Positions 21,601 to 29,605 of a DNA stretch of 63,089 nt are shown here, piece by piece; position 1 is the first letter of the stretch; every line of letters begins with the position of its first letter. The stretch covers positions 1 to 63,089 of IMG/VR virus record IMGVR_UViG_3300044729_002069. One strand, written 5' to 3'. A program made the position numbers and the translations under genes. The notes beneath the pieces are model-generated. The model saw only the letters and a program-made list of their open reading frames with translations. It did not search any database and had not been told where the DNA came from. This stretch comes from a virus. Lineage: Duplodnaviria > Caudoviricetes.

Positions 21601-21788
21601 TTCAGCGTGAACGTTTTGCTGTTCAGAAAACGATCAAGAGCCTTGTATTGAGTGACAATCAGGCGCCTGTCAAATTGCGTGCGCAGCGTAATTGGTTGCC
21701 CACCAAGCTGCGTGCCAATGGTTGAAATTTGCTGCCTGAGAAGAGCCAGGTCAAGACCAACTGATAGCCTTAGCTCAGGAGCGGCCAT
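15618..21788 (-). CDS. Tape measure protein with embedded lysozyme-like and M15-type peptidase domains
   Basis: 2056 aa Ala-rich helical protein; ALSQMASKGQITAEELRGQLGD tape-measure motif; FANGGVV.GPT..MVGEG..EAIVPL near the C-terminus; TWPSLPGG and SRH..G.A.DI...H.EF motifs. Confidence 0.92.
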   Translation of the reverse strand: MAAPELRLSVGLDLALLRQQISTIGTQLGGQPITLRTQFDRRLIVTQYKALDRFLNSKTFTLKIKDVQLDASIAKAEKLKDRLEALQDTKLEIPVSGRAAVSQREARKIRADVYRGIMAQGGKILLPVGLQPLSDSAASKFKADVVRKLGSTTIDVKANLQSAAIRGGAKTQAEIDAEVARGMQTISAMGAARMAGGGVTEAARRSQLQSRLETGGFTNEQLRQIAKQMNVSGVSKLNKGNIIQKIVADASVEMIKKFLDPQAVMRNPDRSGVQRVLDTFARGVFHMLGMDPAQVAAQRRARLAPPAINWPAQVPPSSRPPIGPSSTGRALPPGANFAALPGTSFAEQKRLVGDILSPSLKEALRGAANAFVDSIKAELNAAVRSVNVRDLGTSMQAALGGRQIAGLLPSATGMSVQDRIAQAYQRSAARGLSVMAEGVGGGGPPQLPPGVGRTPAPYGGGGERPSTALPSGYLAGGRFAKSLGEADRYLRQARVPLAGAIEELAGEFGQATKQVLLYGAAYKGLAFIMDLPRQALDASSALQSIRNQLNAITGSAAETDRSFAFLDNLADRFAVPLASIREGFARMYASMAPAGFGAEEIQNLFTGVSKAAATFGLSADKVDRVTYALSQMASKGQITAEELRGQLGDVLPGALALFAEAAQMDIPEFSKAMEDGAFRGKAMQQVLNNVGILLNRDFSQGAAGAAKTLRGALNDMQNSVLRLYEAFEPLVNIVAQQAFPLISEAVASATQAVQAFAAAAQGNAGPAGALSGQALAIYTVFQQITEIGRALGDVIMSLAPTFAELGRFILFALEQIARFINTPVGGFLANFAAKVALVTAALQLMAKAGIVAAVRGLVLLATQTQATIVKLRVLIATSAAAKAALAGIVVAAVWTAFEILANSIDRVNQKLAESAARARKARDELNEMAVAGMTEPITRKLGEAEERVQSFKRSRDILATIAAKGPQQVSEEDFARLQRSGLAAGLARGPGGFVQRAAGGVPLVGASPDITQQQASANLQLAEIAWREALSDAGNAADELKTAVQVANQSKQQALTPIDLQPSGDPDKAARKAEEDRAKLAAEQQRLAEQYARQQGQLITATAEFQNDKDKLRYEQMRELAEQSFELEKSLMDAKFDYEMAGMNEIHAKNKRNEKELLEIQMRSTRRLSEATARVTEAGMKINAAKALRAASQQAAALLPAEGAAAMGGQGNVQNYLRRLAFLETRIRNVPNAEGSGAMGYFQTKGPFHQEALAASGGKNSRSANYSESAAAVEGWIKRHRPRAYEAIVAGRFDDADAILSQGTWPSLPGGSQAQPPEIQRQARQFLTPPAAPVLPSVTGAAPPASVATLGVAVPVIHPETGSGYTVPGVKDAQGRPVVFSREAAEAFAAMITASGGQVRGSDIASSQRSARKNAAVGGATGSRHLAGTAMDIHGRSLEWIKRHGAQYGWNIHDYPGSHGGHVEFSGMKRPASGARQSIARAEQGAEFSVELAEMERANVLAIELGKVVNGARVDLEQTRALLAQQVGEIFPVEQLRLDAQLLKERNALLLQGAPEEYIQAREQITRADIAGTLQAETYRQKITELEVQEKTLAEQVKKGGEMQALYEAELKGVQDRIALHTKALESVTTQQAAYNAEVLEASLLALKNADAMKAMEEAAALVNDAVDGVLSSYKGLFVDIMSGGDIKEAAKRMQESLSKQVFTMFIDFSMKPVEKFFKDQLLNVFGLPNEEEQRAETIAAMERQIAALDRNTAALQGTPAGASGQAFGGNASLPSPLMGDVLNAPAFEMSGKAMQEASEQAWQFPDSLGGMGQAMEQFNANTSAVTSSLVEEARKGATATTTWQQNLGKTVSAVGIAASSIVGITAGISQIKEGGVSGVLGGIGSIAMSLGSALGGFSALGGLGGLFGGGGGAAAMSGGSGIPWNFNTGLKFFANGGVVNGPTLGMVGEGRYNEAIVPLPDGRSIPVKMNDQSASLREAMNTMSPIQAMAPILSMKFESTNIGGVEYVSRDQLEAAMASTRRQAAKDGALRGMNMTLDKIQQSPATRSRIGMRGR

Positions 21789-21826
21789 ATCGCAGCAACA
21801 TGCCTATTATCACTTAGCTTAACGAA

Positions 21827-22300
21827 CTATTCTGCATTCTCACGCGAGGATGCAGTCTTGATCTCTTCTGCCAACATACCAATCAGTCTTCCATCCATCC
21901 GTCGAGTTTTGAGCAATTGACGCAAAATACGCAGGCTCTCTTCCGTCACGCCCGTATCCTTCTGCATCTTGCGCGTATCAAACGGCAGGAAGTCAGCAGG
22001 GCTCACTCTTGCCTTCTTGCCACCCAGCGCACCAACCACCACTGCGCCAAGTTTGGCAGTAGCAATGTTGTCGATGTTATGGCGATTCACGTCATGGCGC
22101 TCAATCCACTTCAGCGCCTTCACCACGTCCTTAGTTCTTTGCAAGCCAAAGTTACGCGCTGACCAACGATCATCCCGGTATTCCGATGCGGAAAGTCGGA
22201 AGTAAATGTCGTCCCAGCGCGTAAGATTCTTTAGCGTGCGTCTAGCTTGCTTTTCTAAGCGTTCGACGGGGCTTAAGCCTTCGTCGTCTTCGCTTTTTTT
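21827..22300 (-). CDS. Tail assembly chaperone GT extension (reached by -1 frameshift)
   Basis: The -1 frame from the slippery A-run reads SEDDEGLSPVERLEKQARR...NFGLQRTKD and is continuous with ORF 21827-22144. Confidence 0.8.
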   Translation of the reverse strand, partial: KKSEDDEGLSPVERLEKQARRTLKNLTRWDDIYFRLSASEYRDDRWSARNFGLQRTKDVVKALKWIERHDVNRHNIDNIATAKLGAVVVGALGGKKARVSPADFLPFDTRKMQKDTGVTEESLRILRQLLKTRRMDGRLIGMLAEEIKTASSRENAE

Positions 22301-22800
22301 GCTGCTCCAGCCTCCGCGAGTTCAGCTTGCTGCTCGTCAGCAATAAACTCAAGCGTGGCAGCAATCAGCTTGCGCCCCATTGCCTTTGTGTCGTCCAGCG
22401 ACCAGTCTTCAGTGCGCTGCCACTCGCCGTCCATCATCGCCTCACCACGGCACCGCATGAAAGTGGTGACAATGCGAGCATTGCTCACTTCCACGCTGCC
22501 CACGCTGTTCAGCATCCCCAGCGTCTCTTCCGTGAAGTCGCTGAGCAAATCCATCTCTCCCATGCTTGCACCGCCCTGCAGCATGTCAAAGGCTTCCTCA
22601 AGGCTCACGCCTTTACTGGCGGAAATCTTCTTGGCCAGTTGCACAGCGCGGATGGTGGCCTGTGACTGAGCACGGCTTGCTTCCTCTTGTTCAATGGATT
22701 CGGCAACAAGCCAGCCGCCATACTTGCGCAATCGCAACCCAGGCAGCAGCTCAAAGTATTCAGGCTCTTCCCCTTGAAGCAGGAAACTATACTTGCTCAT
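22273..22800 (-). CDS. Tail assembly chaperone G
   Basis: 175 aa acidic protein upstream of the tape measure; ends GCA AAA AAA GCG AAG ACG ACG AAG GCT TAA. Confidence 0.8.
   Translation of the reverse strand: MSKYSFLLQGEEPEYFELLPGLRLRKYGGWLVAESIEQEEASRAQSQATIRAVQLAKKISASKGVSLEEAFDMLQGGASMGEMDLLSDFTEETLGMLNSVGSVEVSNARIVTTFMRCRGEAMMDGEWQRTEDWSLDDTKAMGRKLIAATLEFIADEQQAELAEAGAAKKAKTTKA
22294..22300 (-). other. Programmed -1 ribosomal frameshift site A AAA AAA
   Basis: T7 run on the + strand, correctly phased as X XXY YYZ, joining two open frames. Confidence 0.8.
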
Positions 22801-23026
22801 GACTGAGGATGTTCAGGGTAACGTTGAAAGCCTTGACGCGCTCACTAGAGGAACGACATTCAGGAGGCACTTCCACCAAGAAACGGTGGCTGTCATTGCA
22901 GATTGTAGCCGTGTCGCCATGAAAGGAAACAAGACAGAGAATACCCGCTTCTAAGCTTGCCGCCTCTTGAGTGCAGTTAATGGCATGAACCCTGCCATCT
23001 TCGCTGGCCAAGTAATCAACGTGCAT
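22787..23026 (-). CDS. Hypothetical protein
   Basis: 79 aa, overlaps both neighbours in the operon. Confidence 0.55.
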   Translation of the reverse strand: MHVDYLASEDGRVHAINCTQEAASLEAGILCLVSFHGDTATICNDSHRFLVEVPPECRSSSERVKAFNVTLNILSHEQV

Positions 23027-23477
23027 TGATCTTGTTCAGCTCATCCTGTACTCGCAATTGTAAAGCCTTGCCAGGCGCCTTTCTGAAGAATGACGATGCA
23101 ATAGAAATGTCATCAGTGAATGGCCTTCCTGGCATCTTCCTTGTGCCTTCATGCACATACCAAGCGTATTCTTCACCACTGCTGTTCGTTGCGTCCCAGT
23201 GCCAATTAGCCTCAGCTCCGGCAGTTGTACGATTGAGCTTAAAGCTCTTTACGCCACTTTCGTACAGGTCGCCAAGGTCGTAAATGTCTCGCGGACTACC
23301 GACCACTTCGCCATTTTTTCGCCTCGTCTCTCCATCCCATTCCCATTGTTCCATGTCGCGGAACTGATCATCCCAGTGGGCATCGTTAATATCCTCTTCG
23401 GCCCACTTCTCAAAAGCATCAAGCAATGCCTTCTCAATTTGCTTCGCGCCAATGATCCTCGCGGAAATGATTGCCAT
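23016..23477 (-). CDS. Tail completion / neck protein (HK97 gp10-like)
   Basis: SPRDIYDLGDL..S...YAWYVHEGT..MPGRPF. Confidence 0.7.
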   Translation of the reverse strand: MAIISARIIGAKQIEKALLDAFEKWAEEDINDAHWDDQFRDMEQWEWDGETRRKNGEVVGSPRDIYDLGDLYESGVKSFKLNRTTAGAEANWHWDATNSSGEEYAWYVHEGTRKMPGRPFTDDISIASSFFRKAPGKALQLRVQDELNKINAR

Positions 23478-23881
23478 TATCGAATGATGGTGCGAACTTC
23501 TCTGTCGGGAATGATGACACGGCAGCGCTCATAAGCCACGTCGTTTCCAGGTAGGTAGCGGAAAGTCGCATCAGGAAAACGTCTCGTCATTCTCTCCATT
23601 GCCTCCGCAATCTGTCTTCCATCAGGATTGTATTGCACTAGCACTACTTCCCATTGCTTCAACAGGTCAACAATGCCCACGCCTGCCGTTGGTAACAGTT
23701 CGGGATACTGGCGCATTGTCACTTCCAGCCCATCGGCTTTCCATTCACTAGGCACGCCTGTCTGTCCTGCCACGTACACGGCAGGAATAGTCTTGCCATC
23801 AGGCAGTGTATAACTGCCAATCAAGTCGGGCTGCGTTGTCAGCAGCGTGGTAATAATGTCGCGGAGTTGAGCGATGTTCAC
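23477..23881 (-). CDS. Putative tail terminator
   Basis: 134 aa; position next to the tail tube and neck genes. Confidence 0.5.
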   Translation of the reverse strand: MNIAQLRDIITTLLTTQPDLIGSYTLPDGKTIPAVYVAGQTGVPSEWKADGLEVTMRQYPELLPTAGVGIVDLLKQWEVVLVQYNPDGRQIAEAMERMTRRFPDATFRYLPGNDVAYERCRVIIPDREVRTIIR

Positions 23882-23884
23882 AAT

Positions 23885-23910
23885 AAAAAGCCTCCCCGTA
23901 AGGAGAGGCT
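23885..23910 (-). terminator. Intrinsic terminator after the major tail gene
   Basis: AGCCTCTCC-TTAC-GGGGAGGCT followed by TTTT. Confidence 0.75.
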
Positions 23911-23932
23911 AACAGAGCTATGGGAGAGAAGG

Positions 23933-24511
23933 TCAGTTGGGGGCAACAGGAATGATGCTGCCAGAACTGGTGGCACTCTGATGGATGCCAATGCGGCTGC
24001 GGCTGACGAGATCAAAGGTGACTTCCACAAGGTTGTCAGCAGGGTAGTTCTCGTTGTAGTTCATCACGGCAGCGCAGAAAGCCACACGGTCGTAATAGAA
24101 AGTGGTGCCACTCACGCCAAGCTGCTTGTTGATTTCGACATACACCTCATGGGTCTTGTCGTAACGTGAAGCGCTGATCACTTGGAACGCTTCATCAAAG
24201 CTGTTGGGCAGGAACACCGTGCCATCAACGTCCTTCTGGAAGTAGGAGGTAATAGAGGCAGTGGCTTGACTGGTGACGATCACGCTGTCAGCGAAACCGC
24301 CGCCGCCAAGCAGGTAGAACTCTTGGTTGCCATCGTTGAAGGCCACAGAAGCCGTGGTGGCAGCCTGCAGGGTGAAGAGGGTGGGAGCCCCGCTCACGGT
24401 GAACGTAGCGCCGCTCTGCGTGATCACAGGACGACCAGAGGCCAGGGGAATAGCGCCAACACGTACGATAACGTCTTGGCTCTTAACCAATTCAGTGGGG
24501 TGGTAGAGCAT
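23933..24511 (-). CDS. Major tail (tube) protein
   Basis: 192 aa, codon usage like the capsid gene, followed by a terminator; V.NY.E..PADNLVEVTFDL C-terminal motif. Confidence 0.7.
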   Translation of the reverse strand: MLYHPTELVKSQDVIVRVGAIPLASGRPVITQSGATFTVSGAPTLFTLQAATTASVAFNDGNQEFYLLGGGGFADSVIVTSQATASITSYFQKDVDGTVFLPNSFDEAFQVISASRYDKTHEVYVEINKQLGVSGTTFYYDRVAFCAAVMNYNENYPADNLVEVTFDLVSRSRIGIHQSATSSGSIIPVAPN

Positions 24512-24548
24512 TTGAAAATCCTCAATGGAAAGAGAAAGTGGTTAAGCG

Positions 24549-24938
24549 TCAGACGTTCTGTACGCTTCCTTTGCCAACCAGTCTAAAAATGCCCCTGATT
24601 GGCGTGCCCAAGAACTGCCAGCAGTGTTCGGCAATGTGTTCATTGGGCAATAGCTCAAACCGTCCTTCCCTTCCATTGATCGTTGCAGCAGCCGAACTCC
24701 CAGGAGTGATGCCAGACAATGCCAGAGGCCCTGTCAGCCTGCCTTCCATGTACACTGCCGTATTGTCAGCGCCTAGAAGGTAGTCATACCGTGGATTGTT
24801 CTTTTGCTTGAGACTGGCATAGTACGTGACGCCTGATGACAGACCAACGTAGTTGCCAGTTTCTTCGTCCAGAGCATAGCCCGAAGCCACTTGCCAAACC
24901 AGGGTGGCATTAGCGAGTGGCGACAGACCGTTGATCAT
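24549..24938 (-). CDS. Head-tail adaptor/stopper
   Basis: Synteny; D.ETGNY motif. Confidence 0.5.
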   Translation of the reverse strand: MINGLSPLANATLVWQVASGYALDEETGNYVGLSSGVTYYASLKQKNNPRYDYLLGADNTAVYMEGRLTGPLALSGITPGSSAAATINGREGRFELLPNEHIAEHCWQFLGTPIRGIFRLVGKGSVQNV

Positions 24939-25249
24939 GCGACGAAGCCAATAGAAGTGGAACCAGCGACGGTTTCAAGCATTCGTTTGAACTCTTGGCC
25001 ATATTGCGTGGCCTCAAGCCCTTTGCCATAAACCTTGCCTTCAGTGGCACCAATTTGGATGCCCATTTGCGCAAGTTGAATGGCAATAATGTGAGCCGCA
25101 AGGTGCTTGATGGCGCGGTCGGTTTGACTGCCAAAAATGTCCTCGCTTACATCCGCCGATGCTTCAGTAATGGCTCCATTAACGATCCCCGATGGATGGG
25201 GTTCAAACTCAGGAAACCGCTCCAAAAAGCCAGATGCAGTGACGGCCAT
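24935..25249 (-). CDS. Head-tail connector (DUF4054-like)
   Basis: F.ERFPEF...LAAH...L.AT.YGQEF. Confidence 0.8.
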   Translation of the reverse strand: MAVTASGFLERFPEFEPHPSGIVNGAITEASADVSEDIFGSQTDRAIKHLAAHIIAIQLAQMGIQIGATEGKVYGKGLEATQYGQEFKRMLETVAGSTSIGFVA

Positions 25250-25251
25250 GG

Positions 25252-25638
25252 TTATGCCTTCCCTGTTTTAATGGCTTCGATGCGGCGGGCGATGGCGTTG
25301 CGGATGCGGATGCGGCCTTCAATCTTCTTCCAGTCAAGAAGTTGCTCTTCGTCGTGCATAATCTCGATCATGCTGAGAGCATCGCGCTGTGCAAGCTGAG
25401 ACAGGGTTTCCACGCTTTGCGGAATGTCTTGCACAGTAGGCATGTCCTTCATCTCTTCAATGGCACCAATGGCCATCAAGCGCTTCACTTGTCGGTTTTG
25501 ACGAGCCTCTGCCCATTTGGACTCAGGCACGTCTGCATTGACGCCAGGAGTGAGCTGAATAATCCCGGCATTGGTGATCACGCCAAAGCCCCCTTCACGC
25601 GGCGGATTTTCCAGTTCAGGGCGATAAGCAATAAGCAT
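25252..25638 (-). CDS. Hypothetical head-associated protein
   Basis: L.PGVN.DV...W; directly downstream of the capsid gene. Confidence 0.65.
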   Translation of the reverse strand: MLIAYRPELENPPREGGFGVITNAGIIQLTPGVNADVPESKWAEARQNRQVKRLMAIGAIEEMKDMPTVQDIPQSVETLSQLAQRDALSMIEIMHDEEQLLDWKKIEGRIRIRNAIARRIEAIKTGKA

Positions 25639-25689
25639 TGGTTCAACTAGGAACTGCCGCCAAGCCTAACGCCCTAAACTTTCTCATCC

Positions 25690-26595
25690 TCAGTTGTTTT
25701 GAACGTAGATGACGCTCTTGGGGAAGTAGATGGCCACACCACCCACGCGAGCGTGAGCAGGCACCACGAACTCCAGACCACGTTGCTGAGGCGGGAACAG
25801 CTCAAGCGGTTGCGGAATGTGCAGTTGCACCTTCTGCGGGTCACGCTTGTAAACCACCATGCGATTGGTGTTCAGTACGCTGTTGTCTGCATCGAGCTGA
25901 TTGATCGGCTCAATGGATGTGATGTAGGGGTTGGTGCGCAGGAAGTATTCCAGCACAGTCACGTCCGAGGAATCGGAGTTGCGCTGGGTGGAGATCACGC
26001 GGAAGTCCTCATAGGCAATGAGGATGGTGTCAGGCGTTTCCTTCATCTTGGAGCCGTTGACAATGGCAGTCACGCCATAGTTCAGCAGCTCAAGCATTTC
26101 CTCAGAAGTGGTGCCGGAGTCGGTGAACCACTTGTCAGCCTGCAGCACGTCAACCGTGGAGTTGTTGAAGAAACCAGCCAGCGAAGCAGAAGCCTCACCG
26201 AACATGGCAATCTCTTCTACTTTCTCCTCGTAGGCACGACGCACGGCAGCAGCACGACGCTGCTCCAGGGCGATGTTGGCCATTTGAGCAGCCCGCAGTT
26301 CCTGCACGGTGTAGCCGAAGCTGCCACCAAAGGAGCGGATGTTGATGCTCTTCTCCACTTGGCTAATGTCAGCCCGTGGCAGGTCATCAGCAGCGTCGGC
26401 CAGCAGGCGGAAGTCGCCAGTGCTGTTCATCACGCGGTAGGTGAAGGTTTGCGCTGCGTTACCGGCTTCGGCAGTCACAGGCAGAATGGTGGGGTATTTG
26501 ATGTCCGCGTAGACGGTCTCAAACACTTGGGGGCGGATGTACTCAAGCTGACGCTCAAGAAACAGGCCCGCCTCATCCATACGAAATTCAGACAT
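25690..26595 (-). CDS. Major capsid protein (DUF2184 / HK97 fold)
   Basis: FLERQLEYI...Y...A.DLP..D...GY..QELRAA...RM.VY..DP...IP.P...P.Q...L...VP...R.GGV...P. Confidence 0.9.
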   Translation of the reverse strand: MSEFRMDEAGLFLERQLEYIRPQVFETVYADIKYPTILPVTAEAGNAAQTFTYRVMNSTGDFRLLADAADDLPRADISQVEKSINIRSFGGSFGYTVQELRAAQMANIALEQRRAAAVRRAYEEKVEEIAMFGEASASLAGFFNNSTVDVLQADKWFTDSGTTSEEMLELLNYGVTAIVNGSKMKETPDTILIAYEDFRVISTQRNSDSSDVTVLEYFLRTNPYITSIEPINQLDADNSVLNTNRMVVYKRDPQKVQLHIPQPLELFPPQQRGLEFVVPAHARVGGVAIYFPKSVIYVQNN

Positions 26596-26610
26596 TGGTA
26601 GGGCCTCCTA

Positions 26611-27177
26611 TCAAGCAGTGGTGGTGTCAGCGGTGAGCGTGAACGAGGGACCGTTCAGCTCAAGGATTGCCAGCCCCGAAGCAGCGCTAGTCAGATAGCG
26701 AGCATTGGAGAGCACAGCAGTACGGCCAGAGATGGACGTGGCGTGGAACTGACCGGCATACTTGACGCCAGTAGCAGTGTGAATCACGCGCACAGCCGAG
26801 GCAGGGGTGACAGAACCATGCACGTAGACGGCCACAGCGCCTTCGTTCATGACGTTGAGAGCTTGGTTGACTTTCACGCCAGGACGGCTGTTACCATCAA
26901 GCGCAGTCTCGTCAACGTAGGTGAGGACATTGATGCCCACCACGGTTTCAGAAGTGCCAGAAATGGTCTTGGCAGAGTTGTCAACAGTGCCACCGCTGGC
27001 GTAGCTGAGCACGTTGCCGAAAGCAAGCACGCCAGCAGTCTCATTGACATAGGTGCCAATGGTGTTGTCGCGCATGTCGGAAAGCTGGCCTTCCAGCAGG
27101 GGATCATGCTGCAGGGCATAAGCCTGCTGCACGCCACCAGTGACGCCAGTTGCAGTTTGAGTGAAGGTGACGGCCAT
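26611..27177 (-). CDS. Capsid decoration/cement protein
   Basis: Lies between protease and capsid; G.L.D...FG...VM.EG.V.V pattern. Confidence 0.7.
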   Translation of the reverse strand: MAVTFTQTATGVTGGVQQAYALQHDPLLEGQLSDMRDNTIGTYVNETAGVLAFGNVLSYASGGTVDNSAKTISGTSETVVGINVLTYVDETALDGNSRPGVKVNQALNVMNEGAVAVYVHGSVTPASAVRVIHTATGVKYAGQFHATSISGRTAVLSNARYLTSAASGLAILELNGPSFTLTADTTTA

Positions 27178-27179
27178 GA

Positions 27180-28370
27180 TCAGCGCTTCTCCTTAGTAAC
27201 GGAAAGGGGGGTTTTCCAACCGTTCTGCAGACGCTCCATGTAGGAAGACGGTGCAGCCACAGGCGCGGCGATAGAAGCCACAGCCTTGCGGAGGTTGTCA
27301 GTCGAAGCCGAATCCTTGCGGGCGGTTTCCGACAGGGTGTCGAACATGGCCATCACGTAATCGTCGGAACGCTCCGACAGGTCAGAATCGCCACGTACAG
27401 CCTTGATAGAGGCTTCCATGATTTCCCGAGCAGTCTTGCCGGAGAAGTCAAACTCGCTGTCCAGGGTGGTGCGAGCCTTGTCGATGAGAGCGATGCGCTC
27501 GTCTACAAGCGAATCAACGTTCACTTGCTTGGCGGCTTCAAGATCAGCCTTGGCGGCTTCAAGCTCTTGGGCAAGGGCATCGGCGCGGCCTTCGGCAGCG
27601 TCCATCTTCCCTTTCATCTCCTTCTCCATTGCGTCCATTTCTTCTTTCATCTTGGACGCTTCGGCCATCATGCCGTCGTGCATCTTCTTCATATCCTCGT
27701 AGGACTTCTTGGCATCCTCTCGTTCTTTGGTGACCGCCAGAGCAACGCTCTCGCTCACCTCAAACTCAGCGCCATCGAAATTGACTTTCGCAGTCATAGA
27801 TGGTTCCTCGTAATTGAGTAGGGTTGGGTTTGCTGCATCAAGGCGATCAAGATGCAGCTTCACTTGCGGGCCTGCGCGGCCACGCCTGACAACGGCCACA
27901 TGGTTGCCACTAATTGAACGTTGAACGCCGTCATAGTGCTCGCCGTCGTCGGTAACGCCAGGTGTCGAGTCGTATTCAACCCTGTAACCCGCGCTCACCT
28001 CTTGAACATCTTTCCGCAGGATCTTCTCAATGGCATCTTTGTCAGTGATAGTCATGACAGCACGGACAAATCCGTTGTCATAAACCACTTTTGTACCAGT
28101 GAAACCAATTTGGTGTTCTTTGGTATTGTTGCTATCAAGAAGGACGGATGGGTGTTCAAACGTGATTGCCTTGCCCGCAAATGAAGCAAGGCTTTCTGCT
28201 GAGCCAACTTCTTCCGCTGGACGATATTCCTTACGAATGGAACCATCGGCGTCAGTGTACAGTTGCACACCAGTACGCGCAATGGTCGCCCAAGCACGAA
28301 GGTAGCCTTCCGGCGTCACCTCGTACTTGTCAATGGGGGATACGTCGTAACGAAAAGAAGTTTCGCTCAT
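27180..28370 (-). CDS. Prohead protease/scaffold (DUF2213-like)
   Basis: TPEGYL...IARTGVQ.Y...EYRP.EEV...SLASF.G..IT.EHP...EVSAGY...NHVAVV..GRAG; coiled-coil C-terminus. Confidence 0.9.
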   Translation of the reverse strand: MSETSFRYDVSPIDKYEVTPEGYLRAWATIARTGVQLYTDADGSIRKEYRPAEEVGSAESLASFAGKAITFEHPSVLLDSNNTKEHQIGFTGTKVVYDNGFVRAVMTITDKDAIEKILRKDVQEVSAGYRVEYDSTPGVTDDGEHYDGVQRSISGNHVAVVRRGRAGPQVKLHLDRLDAANPTLLNYEEPSMTAKVNFDGAEFEVSESVALAVTKEREDAKKSYEDMKKMHDGMMAEASKMKEEMDAMEKEMKGKMDAAEGRADALAQELEAAKADLEAAKQVNVDSLVDERIALIDKARTTLDSEFDFSGKTAREIMEASIKAVRGDSDLSERSDDYVMAMFDTLSETARKDSASTDNLRKAVASIAAPVAAPSSYMERLQNGWKTPLSVTKEKR

Positions 28371-28431
28371 GAAACAACACTAACGAATGGAGCTGTCTAT
28401 ACTGCAATTCTTGTGCCAGAGATGAAACACC

Positions 28432-28734
28432 ATGCGCTACCTAGTTAGCAGCACAATTAGCGCTGCACGGATGCCCCATCACCAGCGCAAGCTAGTCGTT
28501 GCGGAAAGAATGAAAGAAGCCCGCCTTAATAGCGGGCTCAGTCAGCGTGACGTTGCCAAAGAGCTGCACATAGGGGCTTCCACTTATTGCCGCATGGAAA
28601 GAGCCGAAACAGAACCATCCGCAGTGCAATTGGCAACACTTAGCGGACTTTACACCCTTTCCGTGCTTTGGTTTTTAGGGATACCTAGTTATGTCGTTGA
28701 TGCTCAATCGTCGTCATCATCGTCCATACCCTGA
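28432..28734 (+). CDS. XRE-family helix-turn-helix regulator
   Basis: RMKEARLNSGLSQRDVAKELHIGASTYCRMERAETEP. Confidence 0.85.
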   Translation: MRYLVSSTISAARMPHHQRKLVVAERMKEARLNSGLSQRDVAKELHIGASTYCRMERAETEPSAVQLATLSGLYTLSVLWFLGIPSYVVDAQSSSSSSIP

Positions 28735-29027
28735 CCCCTGATTGCCCTCACCTGGCTTTCCACGCCAGCCATGACATACGCCTTGGCAATAGCCTCCGCT
28801 TCAAACACCAGCATCTTCACAGGCACGCAGTCCTCATGCGGCTTCTCGTAGTAGTTTTCTACGAACATGTGGGTTTCGTCGTGCCGCCCATTTTTGAAAT
28901 GTTGCCGCTCAACTAGCCGCCAATGGGGAGTGTCTCGATGCTCATGCGCCGACAGGATGGAGAGGGCTTGCATGATGCCAATGCCATCATCATCCTCGTC
29001 TTCCATCGTGTGAACGTGCTCGTTCAT
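28704..29027 (-). CDS. Hypothetical acidic protein
   Basis: 107 aa, ATGA-coupled to the upstream gene. Confidence 0.6.
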   Translation of the reverse strand: MNEHVHTMEDEDDDGIGIMQALSILSAHEHRDTPHWRLVERQHFKNGRHDETHMFVENYYEKPHEDCVPVKMLVFEAEAIAKAYVMAGVESQVRAIRGQGMDDDDDD

Positions 29028-29605
29028 TGCTTTTTGCGGCGACTCTCAACCATCTTAATGATGCGACTTGCCCACGCCCTACCCGCGTCCGATCCCCAGA
29101 GCAACCAAGCGATTCGGCCAGCATCATCCTCGCCTCCGCTCTTGTTCTTTTCGTGCCGAGAGAAGAATGCCGCCATGCGCTTGATCGTTTCGTAGCTCAC
29201 TGCCTCTCCGTTGGCCAAGCTTGTCGCCCTAGCCACACCACTACCAATGCCTTGCTTGCCTGCCTCTTGCGTGGTCAGACCACCTTTACCGTGCTTCTTG
29301 CGCAGCTCCAGTCCTCTGCGAGCAGCAGAGCGAACAGACGATGGAGGGGAAAATGATTCAGAGTCGCCCCTGCCGTCTTCTTCATAGTCATCATCTCCGC
29401 CAAGCTCCTTCATGAAGGCGAGGTAGTATTCATCGCCCATGTCTTTTTTGGACTTGCGCGACATGCCAGCTTCTGAGAGGGCAATGGCGAGAGCGCGTCG
29501 GGGGTCAACAACCTTCTCCCCACTGCTGCTTTTGAGCTTGCCGCTTTTGAACTCACGCAAAACAAGCCGAATCTTGGCTTGCTGCTTTTTGTCAGCCATT
29601 GTCAC
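29024..29605 (-). CDS. Two-domain basic protein (DUF6496-like N-terminus plus a phage head-module domain)
   Basis: KI..V.REFKSGKLKSSSG.KV......AIALSEAG; then AARRGLELR...GVARA..LA...TIKRM..FF.RH...IAW.LWG. Confidence 0.7.
   Translation of the reverse strand: MTMADKKQQAKIRLVLREFKSGKLKSSSGEKVVDPRRALAIALSEAGMSRKSKKDMGDEYYLAFMKELGGDDDYEEDGRGDSESFSPPSSVRSAARRGLELRKKHGKGGLTTQEAGKQGIGSGVARATSLANGEAVSYETIKRMAAFFSRHEKNKSGGEDDAGRIAWLLWGSDAGRAWASRIIKMVESRRKKQ

Noticed and set aside
25699-26601. 300-aa plus-strand ORF
   Set aside because: Antisense shadow of the strongly codon-biased major capsid gene.
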